A DNA stretch of 64,000 nt from Moniliella sp. 'wahieum' (Eukaryota), in contig RSEE01000060.1 of NCBI GenBank assembly GCA_003971905.1, positions 1 to 64,000 of the forward strand, in the 5' to 3' direction. The notes beneath the pieces were generated by a model. That model did no database searches. It saw only the letters and a program-made list of their open reading frames with translations, and was not told where the DNA came from. Below are positions 25,189-37,304 of this stretch, in pieces (position 1 is the stretch's first letter; every line of letters starts with the position of its first letter). Position numbers and translations under genes: made by a program.

Positions 25189-28100
25189 TGTCAGAGGAAT
25201 GGTGGAGAGAGCAGGACAGTGCCGTGAGGATCCCATCCAATCTACTGCAGCCGGGGCGAGCAAAAAAAAATGGCAGGATGACCTAATCAGCAGTATTTTC
25301 CGGCCAAAATGGATTCCGCTCTTCAAGCTTTAAGCTTTAAGTTTCATCGGTCACGTGCGTTTGATGAAATTTGCATTTTGAAAGCTTGCAACTGGACTGC
25401 TGCGATCGGATGAATATCAAGCTTCCACGTTGCAGCGCCGAGTACCAACGCCCAATTTGAACGTTCAGTTGCAAGAGCTCATACTGAAGCCACAGAAGAC
25501 GCAGTAGGGTTGAGAGGCTTGGGACCAGTGTGCTGCTGGAATGCCCCAGTTACAACAATCTGACACTTCGTCCATGATGCATGATGCATGATGCATGATT
25601 AATGATTATCTCATCGATCTCAACGTTCAACTGAACGTTCAACTACGTGCCGCGGAAAACTGCGGATGGCTGCGGGGCTACATGCTACACAGCTCTCTGC
25701 TATACAGCCAGCTATACGGCCTGCTATGGCTTCGTATTCCACTCGGATCCCGTGGCCGTTGCACGACGAACGCCTAATAGCGCGCAAAGGAGAGCGGAGC
25801 GCTGGGAATGGAGGCTCGGCTGGGCGCAGACGGTGGGGCACACGAACCGAGGATTAGAGTGTCTGAGCCCTACTGAGTCACTAGTCACTCCAGGCACCGA
25901 TACTGCCGTTCTAATTCGTCGACACCAATCGAGAGGAGACCGATGCTCGAGCCGAGCTTTTGATGAGACCCCCTCAGTCCCTTCTGAATTCCAGCGGTGC
26001 CAGCGAAGAGATATGCAACAGAAATCGCCAGATGGTGGAGTGCTATCGATTGCTGGCTCCGGGCGAGGCCAGAGTTTGGCGCCACACTGGTGTAGTGGTG
26101 CTAGTAGCCCAAATCGGGAACCTCCCGGTTCATTCCTTCCAACATTCCTTCCTGGAGGGCAGGAATATGGTCTTCTACAATCAAAGAGGAGCAGAGGATG
26201 GAGAAGATGGCGGGTGGGGAGAGAAGAGAAACAGTAAGGGAGACCAGTATAAGAACACCTGTTCCTCAGTCTCTCGACAGCGGAGGGCGAGTCGTCTTCG
26301 ATGTCATCGATCATCTGCATCCGATGGATCCGATGGGAGCAGCAGGAGGCCCGCCGGCCTTCTCATTGGGGTCACACGACCCGTCGCAATGCTCTGCCAA
26401 GCCTCGCCCTCAGCGAGGGCTGAGCTCAGCCTGAGGGCCTGAGGCCTGAGGTGAGGTTCAGGGCCCAGACTGAGCTGAGCGCGGCTGAGCGCACGCTGAG
26501 CGCGATTTAAGATCTAACGATCTAACGCGCGACGCGTAACGTGTAACGCCTAGGGCCTCAAGCCACAGGGCCTGCGTGTGGCACTCTGGTTTGCGGACTT
26601 CCGGGGTTGGTGTCGCAGATGGCATCCGAGAGGCTTGAGGTTGACGCGTGACCGTGACCAGTGAGCTGGTGACGACGAGCGCTGAGCTCACCGGTGAAGC
26701 TGTGCGGGGGCACACGAGGCGCATGTAGACGGACCGGCCGGTTGCAGTGTGGGGTGGGGTGGCGGCATGGCAATGTTCAACGTTTCAGCGTTCTCGATGA
26801 GGCAGAGTGGGGGAGCAGGCATCGCAAGCTACTGCCTGCCAGCAGTCAAGCGACGGTGGCGACACACTTGCGACACCAAGCGTTCAACTCTACCCGTCGG
26901 CGTGGCAGTGCCTACTTCGACAAGGTTCGGGGATCGGAATGATCGGATCGGTTGCCCGCGAAATCGTCGGGTGGAATTAGCGACGAGTGGCTGGTAACTA
27001 GGTGCCTGGGCTACTATATAGGACGAGGGGCACATGCCAAGAGTGCTTCGTGACGAAGCGACTACTGTGAGTCGTGACTAATTGCTAGTGACGAGTCCAT
27101 GTGACATGTGATGGTGCCTCCATCGAGGGCACAGCGGCGAGTGGCTGCTCGGCGAGGCAGTTTGGGCTGTGCGGCCGTAAGATCGTAGAAGATCTGAGAT
27201 CTAAAATGTACACGATGCCACGGCCAGGCTCCTGTCCGATCTCCCTCTCCGTACCTTCGGTGTATCATCCACGTGCTAACATCCACATCCACAGAGACGA
27301 TGCAGATGTTGATCATCATTCATCAATCAGCGCCGAGACTCGACTCTGCCGTCGGCAATGCATGTGACTGAGAGAGGAGAGTAGGAAGAGAGGAGAAGGG
27401 TGACCGGGTGGAGGCGGGAAAGAAAAGGACAGATATCGCGATAGAGAGGGGCGCAGAAGTTATGTGAGGCGAATAAGGGATATCGATGCATCGACTTATC
27501 TATGGCGTGCTTGTAGGTGGGACCGGCGGGACGACAGTACCCACACAAAGCGCTGGGGAAACCATGACAAAACACGCGAAAGAGAGGAGGCATTCCGTCT
27601 CAAAAGCAAAACCATCAGCACAGCGCAGATTATTATTCCGCGCACGTCGGTCGTGTGGTCCACGGATTGTTGGAGAGGCAGGAGAAGGAATGAGGAAAGA
27701 GTGGGATGGGCTTTGTGGATAGCTATCTGTCTGGGTGGCCGTATACAGCATGAACTATACGGTGCGGCGTTTGCGCTGTAGTCACTATATTATCAGACAC
27801 AGGCAAGTGTGACACGTCGCCACCGGCCGAAGTAGGCGGTTCGTGCGTTGATCGATGACGAAGAAGTCGATGGAGCTTGAAGCCGAAAGCATGGAGTCCC
27901 AGTCGTGAAAAGGTAATCAAACCGTAGCCTTGCCACACAGGCGATCAGTCAGTCTCTAGCCCGACTGCCAAAGCATTATTCTTCCTGCTGGTCCTGCTCT
28001 GGAATCAAGGATAGCGGGGCGGCAGCAGCGGCTCACGGCCAAGGACTAGTGACTAGGGAGTAGGGAGTAGAGCGAGGGCCGGTGTTCTGTGCCCAGTAGC

Positions 28101-28634
28101 CATGCATCCCTCCCTGATGGAGGGACCGCGGCTGCCGGCTGGCACATGTCATAAGAGGAATCCTTACACTGTCGCGCAGCAGGGAGGAGCTCACCCCAGC
28201 GCGGTAAGACCCTGGCGAAGGGGCAGTCCGCCGTGGGTTACACCTCGCGTGTTCAGTCTTCCTCTCCCGTCTGATGGATGATCCGCCGAACGGCCATGGG
28301 TAGGCCACTGCCCCTCCTGCTGTGTGTCGGCCGGCGAGGCAGTGCGCCTATGGCAGAGCCAATTGGGGGAGTGCGTTGGGGCAATGCTTGTAGGGAAGAG
28401 GCGCGTTCGCTTCGCTGGCCCATCCCTGCCGCACGCATCTGCGCCGCCATCGTCTGTGTTCGCACGCATTCTGCTCGCCCAGTGCCACCCCCTGCCGTGT
28501 TCCCCCTCTTTGTCGTGGCCCGCTCTGATCCTCCTGTGCCACTTGTGGGGGTTGAGGCTCCAGGCTCAACACGCGTGTCCAGCCTGCCTGTGAGTGCGGG
28601 TGCTGGCGCTGCGTCCAACCCTCTCCCGTTGCAC

Positions 28635-30462
28635 ATGAGCGACCTCCCCCACGCCGTCCCCACGCTTGCCCCGTCTGGGTCCAGTTGGTCTCCTGCACGC
28701 CGCTCGCCACCCCGGCTGCCCGTCCCTGACACCACACGGCAGCGGTGGGCGTGGCGGTGGCGACTACGTGTGTAATGTCTGCGGCAAATCCTTTGCGCGT
28801 GAAGACCTGCTCCGGCGCCATCGCCTGCGCGAGCGACGCTCGGCCTTAATCCAGCGCCCGCCACGTCAACGCAGTTGCGCCGAATGCTCCCGCGCCAAGA
28901 GCCGGTGCGACCTAGGGCAGCCCGCTTGTGGCCGATGCGTCAAAAGAAAGAAGGCTTGTGTACGTCTCCAGAACAGGACCTCCTCTCGTGGCTCTTCTCC
29001 CTCATCCTGCGCTTGGTTGGCAAGCAGTTGCTGACGTTGGATGGTGGATGGCCTTTAGATTTACGCGAACAACCCGCTCAGCGCACGCCACGCACTCTCG
29101 ACTGCGCATCCCCTGTCTCCCGGCTTGTTCTCCCAAGCTGCTGGTGTTGCCCCGGCGTTGCGACCGCGCGCGTCGCTGCAATCGAATTTGATACCACTGC
29201 CGCTTCGGCTTCTGCTTCGGCTGCAGCCGCCGCGTTCGGCAGAGGCGAAGATGGGCGGTACGCAGTGGCGTACGAGTCCCAGTCCCGCCCCTCTGACTGG
29301 GCAAACATGCCTCAACCGCCAGCAACGCCTATGCAGCCCCTCCTCCTCCGCCATCGCAGCCGTATGGCCAGCCGGACCCCTTCGACGCCGATTGCAATCC
29401 CTCCTATCCTTTCCTACGCTCCTGGTCCGAACCGAGCGATCTCCCGCCCGATCTTCTCACCCGCGCGGCCCCGAACCCCCGGCCCACCAGTCGCCTCCTT
29501 TTCGTACTCCCCTCCCGTGGGCTCACAAGCAGTAGCACTCCGTCTTTCCATCCTCCTCCCCCGCCCCAACACGGCGTCCTGCACCCTGACCCGCCTGCGC
29601 TACCCCACCTCCATTATCCTGGCCCTGGGGAGAAAAACATCCCAGAGGGAGTGCTTGCGCCCCTGTCGTCCTCGGTCTTGGCTCCTCAGCCGTATCAGTC
29701 CCCCTCCGGCCTCATCCCGCAGGCGGGTTCGTCCTTACTATTCGACCCCGCCGTACCCATCATGCCTGCTCAGCCTCATCCTGGCCAAGCCCCATCTCAC
29801 TCTCCCAAAAACGTGCCTTGGGACGTGGAGAGACTCGAGGCGGCGCCCTTTCAAGCAAGCTCTGTTACTGACTTTGGGCTGATGGAGCCGGTGGGCATCA
29901 CCGGGGGATCTCTTCTGGCCCCGCCACTTCATTCCGCGCTCTCCACACCCCTGTCATCTCAACCTCACCATCTTGTCTCTCCTCTTCCTCCTCGGCCTCC
30001 TCTTCCACGCTCCATCCCCATCCAGACCCCTCACTGGCCCTCGTTGGCCACTCCTTCCCTCCGCCATTATCCCAAACCGCGGCTTGGCACCCCGAATCGG
30101 GCGGTCCAACGTATCAGGGTACCTCCTCCACATACGCCCCAGCCTCGGAACCGCCACATCATCTGCCTTCGGCCTACTTGACTGCGCTTCCGGGACACCA
30201 GAACCCAGCGACGCTGTCGGATCGGCAGCAGCCCCCTCCTTTCCTCACGCCACTAGGAGGAATCCAATGGGCTTCCCCCTCGATTCCCTCCGGCTCAGAG
30301 TGGGCGGACGCTTCGGGACCAGGAGAGGGGGAGGCTCATCCCCAGGGTCCATCGCCTATACGCAACAACCAGACCGCAGGCGCTCCTCTTGCTTTTGACC
30401 CAGCCCCCGCCCCGATCAATGGCATGCTCATTGAGAGTCTTTCTCTTGTTCTGAGGAGGTGA
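28635..30462 (+). CDS. Transcription factor with a C2H2-like finger plus a Zn2Cys6 cluster
   Basis: YVCNVCGKSFAREDLLRRH followed by SCAECSRAKSRCDLGQPACGRCVKRKKAC; intron donor GTACGT at about 28960; Pro/Ser-rich remainder. End approximate. Confidence 0.8.
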
Positions 30463-31307
30463 GCATGATGGCTTGTGATGACTTGGTGGAGTTTGTTATG
30501 CATGCTTAATCTTGGAGTTGGGCTTAGCGAGCGTTCGTTGGCTAGGCTTGGCTTGAGAAGGAGATGGCTTAGCCGGGGGAAGGCTGGTGGTTCTCACATT
30601 AATAAGGCACACACACCAAATAAATGAAGTTCTCGGACCCTCGTCTTTCCTCCTGATCGGAAACACCACGAGCAGAAAAGCTGCAACCGAATCGATGGGC
30701 TAACGAGTTAAGACTGGAATCGTGCGAAGTCTGAGCATCAGTATGCTGCTACTGCGAGCGTTGGGTACGTTAAGGCTTCTGACGTGAGATGTCTCGTGCA
30801 TGTCCAGCCGCGCCGCGCGAGAAACCTCTGTCCCTACCCCCCTGCGGCTCACAAACCTCAGTTACCCCGCACCCTTCCTTCTCCCGTCAACATTGCAGGT
30901 CATGCTGTACCTCAAGAGCAGATGAACCTCCCTCCATTACTGCCACCCGAATTTTTGCTCCATTGGACTTAAGGCGTTCTTTGGTCCTAGGACTACAACA
31001 CGCTCGATTCCCTTCGGAGCATGCAACAGGAAGTGCCTCCTCTTAATACTTCTCTACTTGGTCTCTCCCCTTCTCCCTTTGAATGTGGGGCAAAGATTCA
31101 CATGGACCATTTCCGTGCACTTCCTCTTTCTTGCTATCCAGGAGCGTCCGTAGGGGGGAGACGCCAGGAGCAATTCCGCCTCCTGCATAGTAACACGCTC
31201 GCTTTTTGGACTAATACTACATTTGCATCTACTCTGCCTCCCGCAGACGTTCATTCACCTCTTACGCCTTCTCTTCTCCACTTCGCTCTTTCCCACACCT
31301 AGACCAC

Positions 31308-32211
31308 TGTTACAGGCTGCGTTGGATGTGAGATGGTCTGGTCCTATCTATGGCCCGCCTGCTCTGCGCATGCCCAGTAGAGTGCGATCCGAAGTCCCCC
31401 ATGCTTAATGAGTGGTTGGTCCTACCATGTACCGTGGCGCGAGTGGCCACGCACCCGCGGACAAGTGTCGCGCCCCGCTCAAGTCAAAGTCGGTTGGCCT
31501 AAATGAGGCCACCAAGTTTCCGGTATCTTTGCGACGACTGTCGACCCGTCACCACTTACTCTATCTTTCTCCCCTTTTGCGCCTGCGACAATCAACCCTT
31601 CTTTTGACGTGTTTTCCTTTCTCCACCCCTATCACGTCTCCGTTTTCCCTTTTAGATCTAGCCTGCACACCTGGTTGGTGGGAATCCTTGCCCCACCTTC
31701 CATTCTCGTCCCTTCCTTCCTTTCCTGTCCAAGTCCTGCTCGTTTCCTGCCACTTGATTCAGTACAGGCAACTCCTCGTCTCCACTTAGCTGCCTCCCCG
31801 TTTTCCAACCTCATCCTCCACAGCTTTCCATCCGCCCAGTCGCGCGAGCCTTCCTTCAACCGCGTCGATTCCCTGTACCAACTTATCTCATGGGTTCTTT
31901 TCCAGCCATGTCGACAGCAGCCCCTATTCAGTCCCAGCTCCGGCAGTGTTTGTCCTCCACTGCCTCTACCCAACCTTAAGGGCCCGGAGGCTTCAGAAAT
32001 GTTACTACGACCGAGTCGATGGATACGCAGCCTTGCCACACCTGCACCCGCCTCTCCGCTTCACGCCCACGGTTTCCCCTCGTCCCTAGCTCTTCGATCA
32101 GATCCACCAACTAGCCCGAGACCGAAACTACCGTGACCTGTCCTCCCGTCTCCTATGGGATTTTGTACCCCCATACTTGGTTGAGCCCCCTGGTGGGTGG
32201 GTGCATGCTCA
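31308..32211 (+). mobile_element. Solo LTR, family 1, copy A (most diverged)
   Basis: Starts TGTTAC and aligns by eye along its length with 35567-36440 and 53562-54434; flanks ACCAC / ACCGC resemble a 5-bp TSD. Confidence 0.8.
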
Positions 32212-33881
32212 CCGCTGGCCTGTGGTAAGGTTCCTTCTTTGGCAGTGCTTGGGCTCAACGGGCGCGATTGGAAAGTTGCCAGGTTCCCCCATCTACCGAA
32301 GACTGCTCGAGATGATCAAAGAACTAATGATGAATCCCTCCGCCTTCTGTCCACGGCCTACTTATACGCTCTCACTGATGGTTACACGATACATTCGACA
32401 CATAATCTGATTATTAGACGCTGGGGATACATGTTGCGTGGAAGAATCGGGTCGAAGAGTTTTATTGGTGAGATGGAGCATCGCTGGCATGCCGACCCAA
32501 CTCTTTCGTATTCACTCTCTCGCGCGACATCTCCGTTTTGGAAGTAGCGGAAATTGGAGGGGGGCAGAGGGTGTCGACCTGCTGCTATGTTGATGGCTTC
32601 CCACCCGGGGGGGGGGGGGCACGAGCGATATAGGAACAAATGCCCGATAAGCGAGCATGTGGTGTATAGGCGCAGCGTTGCTTATCCCTGTCTTACGCTT
32701 TGTGCGCGTGATACGGACGCGACATTGTAGGATTCAAAAGGTATTAACATACAACGTGTGAGTTCCTTTCGCCGAGCAAGGAAAAGAGCAATGCATCTCT
32801 TGGCTGAGTGAAGGGTAATGGAGACGAAAGCAGAACACAATGTCTATTTGGAACAAAACTGTCTCCTGTATATTACTTCCCTCATTTTACCTTCCTTCAT
32901 CCAGCAAATCAAGAAAACGGCGCATTGGAAAAGAAACTTCCATCTTCCAGCTCGTCTCCCCGACGATTACCCCTCCACTTACACTGTTTGTTCGAGCAAG
33001 ACAGCTCCTCTCCCGGCCAACTGCTTCCATGCCCCCCCCCCCCCCCTCCAGTATCATCTGTATATCCCTCACTCTCTTTTGAAGCGAGCGCAAAGCATCT
33101 CGCAACTAAGGGAGGAATACGGGGTGCAAATTGAACACGCAGCCAAGTTGGCGAAGAGGGGTAGGTCCCGGAAGGTGTAAAATCTGTCATTTTGCATCTC
33201 CACATCTCTTCGCCCCCTCTTCATTGATGCCCAGATCGTCCACCCCACCAACCGACGCAGCTGGTGGACGGACACGGGCCACAATGTGAGATCCTCCGTT
33301 CCATTCCAAACCATCATTTCTCCCCTCCCCTTTCTCCCGCCCGCTTTTCCCTCTCTCTCTCCTTACAGTTGTCTGCGCATATTGGAAATCTTGGATCTTG
33401 TACATTCCCTTCCTCTCTATCCCGGCATATCTCTGTGGACTCGCTCACGACCCTCCTACGTTCACGCCCGTGAGCCTTGGACTTTGGATCTGAAACGCGT
33501 TCAGTCCTCCGTGAGTCTTGTCTCCGATGGGCAGGGAAAAGGTCTCCGCCCCAGTGGGAAGCCAACCATCCTGTCACATCACCCCTCTTATCCGCCCGGA
33601 CGCTCCCTCGGCTCCGTAGTGCCCTCGGCTATATAAGGCTCTATAACCCTTCTCATAGCCTCCTGTACCTCTCCTCAGAACTACATCGTTTATCCTCCTC
33701 CTAGTTCAGCAGCTGATCCAGCACCCAAGCCATACATCCCACGATCCGTAGGTGCTTGATATCTGGGTCAATCCCAAGACACAATGGCTACAGAATCTGT
33801 TATCAATCTGTTAACAGATTCGCTGTTATCTCCGCCCCGCCCCCCTGGAATCGACCACCACGCATCAGTCATGTACATCAC

Positions 33882-34390
33882 GAGGAGACCACCGGGCCTA
33901 CGGCCCGGTCTGCTGTGTCGCCACCTTAGCCACCGTTCCCCCGGTCCACCGTCGCCGCCGTAGCCACCGTTCCCCCGTCGCCACCTTAGCCACCGTTCCC
34001 CCGGTCAACCATCGCCACCGTTCCACGTTGGAACCCGTCCACGCTGGAAAGACGAAATAATATCACCGATACGCCCTGGCAATGGGTGGCTGGGAACGTG
34101 GCGCGGGGCATGCTGATGTAAAAAGTGCACAGGGCGTTTGGACGAATCCCTCTTGAAAGCGGCGTGGACGTTTGCGCAATGTTCTGACGTAAGCCGGACG
34201 TGCCACGGGCGTAAGAGGGAGTCACCCGCGCACATGGGTGATAAATTCTCTCCAGCGTGGAACGGTGGACCGGCGGCTGCGGTGGTGGCGGGGGAACGGT
34301 GGCTACGGTGGCGAAGGTGGACCGGTGGCTGAGGTGGCGAGCAAGCACCAAGCACCAAGCACCTGACCGGGCTACGGCCCGGTCGTCCTC
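33882..34390. mobile_element. Foldback/MITE-like non-autonomous element with terminal hairpins and inverted subterminal repeat arrays
   Basis: The left arm (~33882-34050, units TAGCCACCGTTCCCCC/GTCGCCACC) is an imperfect reverse complement of the right arm (~34250-34390). Both ends carry the hairpin ACCGGGC(C)TACGGCCCGGT. No ORF and no clear TSD. Confidence 0.65.
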
Positions 34391-34615
34391 TAGTCTTAAT
34401 ACATAAGACTTACATAGAGATGCATCACTAGCGCGCATCACTGCCGCTCACAGATCTTACATCCGTGCGTCTTATATCCGGTGCATTGCGTTGTAATCCT
34501 CAGGCCCCACGCCCCCAGGCTGAGAGGCCGCCGGCGTTATGCAGCCCGGTTGCATCAGCCAAAAGGCGCCGTCCCCGTGTCCCCCCAACCCCCCCATTCT
34601 TCCGCCAGCCGCCTG

Positions 34616-35553
34616 ATGCCCTGCAGCAACACCCCCCCAGCGTGGTCCCAGGCCAACATTCCGGACCTCACCGGCCGCACTGCCATTGTCACCGGAGCCA
34701 ACACGGGGCTTGGGCTGCAGACCGCCCGGGATCTGTGTGCTGCTGGCGCCGCAGTGACACTTGCATGCCGCAGCGAGGTGCGCGGCAAAGCAGCGGTGGA
34801 ACAGCTGGCATCCGGAAACCTCAAGGGACGTGTTTCGCTGCAGCTGCTCGATCTCGCCGCCGATCTGGCATCGGTCCGAGCGTTTGCTACGCGTTTTGCC
34901 ACCGAACACTCCCGCTTGGACCTCCTTGTGCTTAATGCTGGTGTGTTCGTCACGCCCTTTGGCGCGCCCCCTGATCCCCCCCGCACCAAGGATGGGTTTG
35001 AGCTCATGTTTGGCACCAACCATTTGGGCCACTTTGCCTTGGCCGCTCACCTGTTCCCTCTCCTCCGCTCCACTGCCAACAGCCGCCTCGTCGTGCTCTC
35101 CAGCGCCATGGCCACCCGGGCACAATTGACATTGCCGACCTCAATTACGAGCACCGGGCCTGGGATGGTACTACTGGGTACGGGACGAGCAAGTTGGCCA
35201 ACCAATGCTTTGTGTACGAGGCCCACCGCCGTTTGACTGAGGCTCACATTGAGGCACCGACGGTGTACTGCGCTCATCCAGGCTGGTCTCAGTCGGACCT
35301 GGGACGGTCCAAAATCATCAATACCCTAAACTGGCTCGGCGCCCAAAAGACCGAAATGGGAGTGCTGCCCACTGAATTTCAGGCGACCGCGTCGGAAGCT
35401 GTTCCAGGCTCCTATGTTGGACCGTCCCGCTGGGGCGGCATGCGGGGTCCTCCTGGTGTGACCGATTTTTTGCCAGCCGCAACTGACCCACAGACAAACG
35501 CGGCGTTGTGGGAGCAAAGCGAACGCATGACGGGAGTGACATGGGCTCTGTAG
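34616..35553 (+). CDS. Short-chain dehydrogenase/reductase (retinol-DH-like, PRK06197-type)
   Basis: IPDLTGRTAIVTGANTGLG, LDLLVLNAGV, DGFELMFGTNHLGHFAL, YGTSKLAN (YxxxK), AHPGWSQSDL, LWEQSERMTGV; intronless; one indel at about 35122. Confidence 0.93.
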
Positions 35554-35566
35554 CTCAGTCTTATGC

Positions 35567-36440
35567 TGTTACGGGTTGTGGCGGACCCGAGATGGTCTGA
35601 TCCAAGCTAAGGCCCGCCTGCTCCACACATGCCCAGTAGAGCGTGCTCCGCAAGCCAACCAAGTGCGATGATGGTTGGCTAAATTAGGTGCGGTGGCTCG
35701 AGGGGCCCACGCATCCGCGTGACAATAGTCGCCCCCCGCCCAAGTTCAAGTCGACTGACCTAAATAGGGCCCCCCGAGCTTCCAGTGCCGTTGCGACGAC
35801 TGTCGCCCCGTCCCCGTTCCCTTTTCCCTTCTCGGTCGCACCAGCGGCGACCAACCCCGCTTCTGACGTGTCCTCCTTTCTATACCCCCTCTTGTATCCA
35901 TTTCCCCTTTGATCTTGCCTGTACCCCTAGTTGATGGGGATCTTTTCCCCCACCTTCCATTCTCGTCTCCACTCTCGTCTACCCTCCACTCTCGTCCTTT
36001 CCCGCCTATCCTGTCCGACTCCTGCCGTTTTCCAGCCAATTGATCCAGTACAGGCAGCCTGCTCTTGTTAGCTCTCGACTCCTCCTCCGACCTCGTCCTC
36101 CAGCAATGCCGGTCAGTCCAGTCGCGCGAGCCCTCCTCTGGCCGCGTCGATTTCCAGTCCCTATCCGGTCCCAGTTGAGGCAGTGTTTGACCGCCGCTGC
36201 CTCATCCCATCCCTATTAAGTCATGGAGGCTTCAGACACGTTACTACGGCCCAAACCGGCGCAGACGCAGCCTTCCCACACGTGCAGCCGCCCCACCAAA
36301 GGCCTCTCCTCGTCCCTAGCTCCGCTCGGATTCACCAACTAGCCCAAGTGCGAAACTACCGTGAGTCGACCTACCGTCGCCTAAGGGAACGTACCCCCAA
36401 AACCCTGGGCGTGCCCCCTGGCGGGGCCCGCCCCGTGACA
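35567..36440 (+). mobile_element. LTR, family 1, copy B
   Basis: TGTTAC...GTGACA termini, 874 bp, clearly homologous to copies A and C. Flanks TATGC / GTCAG do not match (no TSD). Confidence 0.88.
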
Positions 36441-36442
36441 GT

Positions 36443-37304
36443 CAGGAGGCCAACCGTGTCGGGGAGATCCTCGTCAGTCGACGCGATGGACGGGCCTACT
36501 CCTACTTCGTGTGTTGGACAGGTTTCCCTGTCAGCCACAACGAGTGGATTCCAACGTCGGAGCTCAGCCATCGAGCCCCACAGCTGTGGTTGCTTTCCAT
36601 CGTGACCGCCCAGATGCCCCTTGCCCCACGGTGCGCCGTCGGCAGGTGGACAAGTAGTACCTACGATCAGTCACGAAGCTTAGTAGGGAGGTAATGTCAC
36701 GGGGTGACGACTAAGCCGCCTCCCACACCACCTCCACTTCCTTATCGTCGCTACCGCTTCTCGGCTTCTTTCCCTATCGTGACTCGGATTCTCTTCCTAT
36801 CTACAAAACCCACAGGAATCATCGTTTCTCTGATCCGCTCGCGCTCGTCTAAAATCCAAAACACACCCATCATTTGTTTTCGACTCAGTTTCTCGCCTCG
36901 TTTCTCACCTCGGCTCCACTTTGCCCTTGGCCCTCGCCTGGTCTCATGCCTCGTCCCTCTCGCGTTTGGTTCCCATCTCCCCTTTGCCTCGTTTCCCCTT
37001 TTACACTATAGGCCTCTTGGACTCCCCTTGTTCCCCTTCTCTTCTATAAATAAATTTGCCTGTTCTTAGATCCAATACTGATGGCCCACGCCGCCGACCA
37101 TTATTTCCACTTCACCCTTCCTCTAGGCACTCCACTTCTAGAAGAACACCTTTCGATCAGCTCCCTCGCCCTCTCCCTCGCCCATCGGAGCTCCCCGCTT
37201 TCCCATCCGGCCCCTACACACGCAACCTCTGCTCGCAGATCACTGCACACAGGCTCTGCTCAACGTACAGCAAAGCTAACTATTGCTCCCAGATTATGGT
37301 GACA
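36443..37304 (+). mobile_element. 3' remnant of a chromoviral Ty3/Gypsy retrotransposon: chromodomain, PPT and 3' LTR (family 2)
   Basis: 36443-36657 translates as RVGEILVSRRDGRAYSYFVCWTGFPVSHNEWIPTSELSHRAPQL(V)VAFHRDRPDAP (chromodomain). Purine tract AGTAGGGAGGTAA at 36682-36694 is followed directly by TGTCAC (36695); matching GTGACA ends at 37304. Confidence 0.8.

Noticed and set aside
33176..33792. Possible additional solo LTR (TGTAA after a purine-rich run, internal TATATAA, ending TACA)
   Set aside because: No second copy in the window, weak terminal inverted repeat and no convincing TSD.
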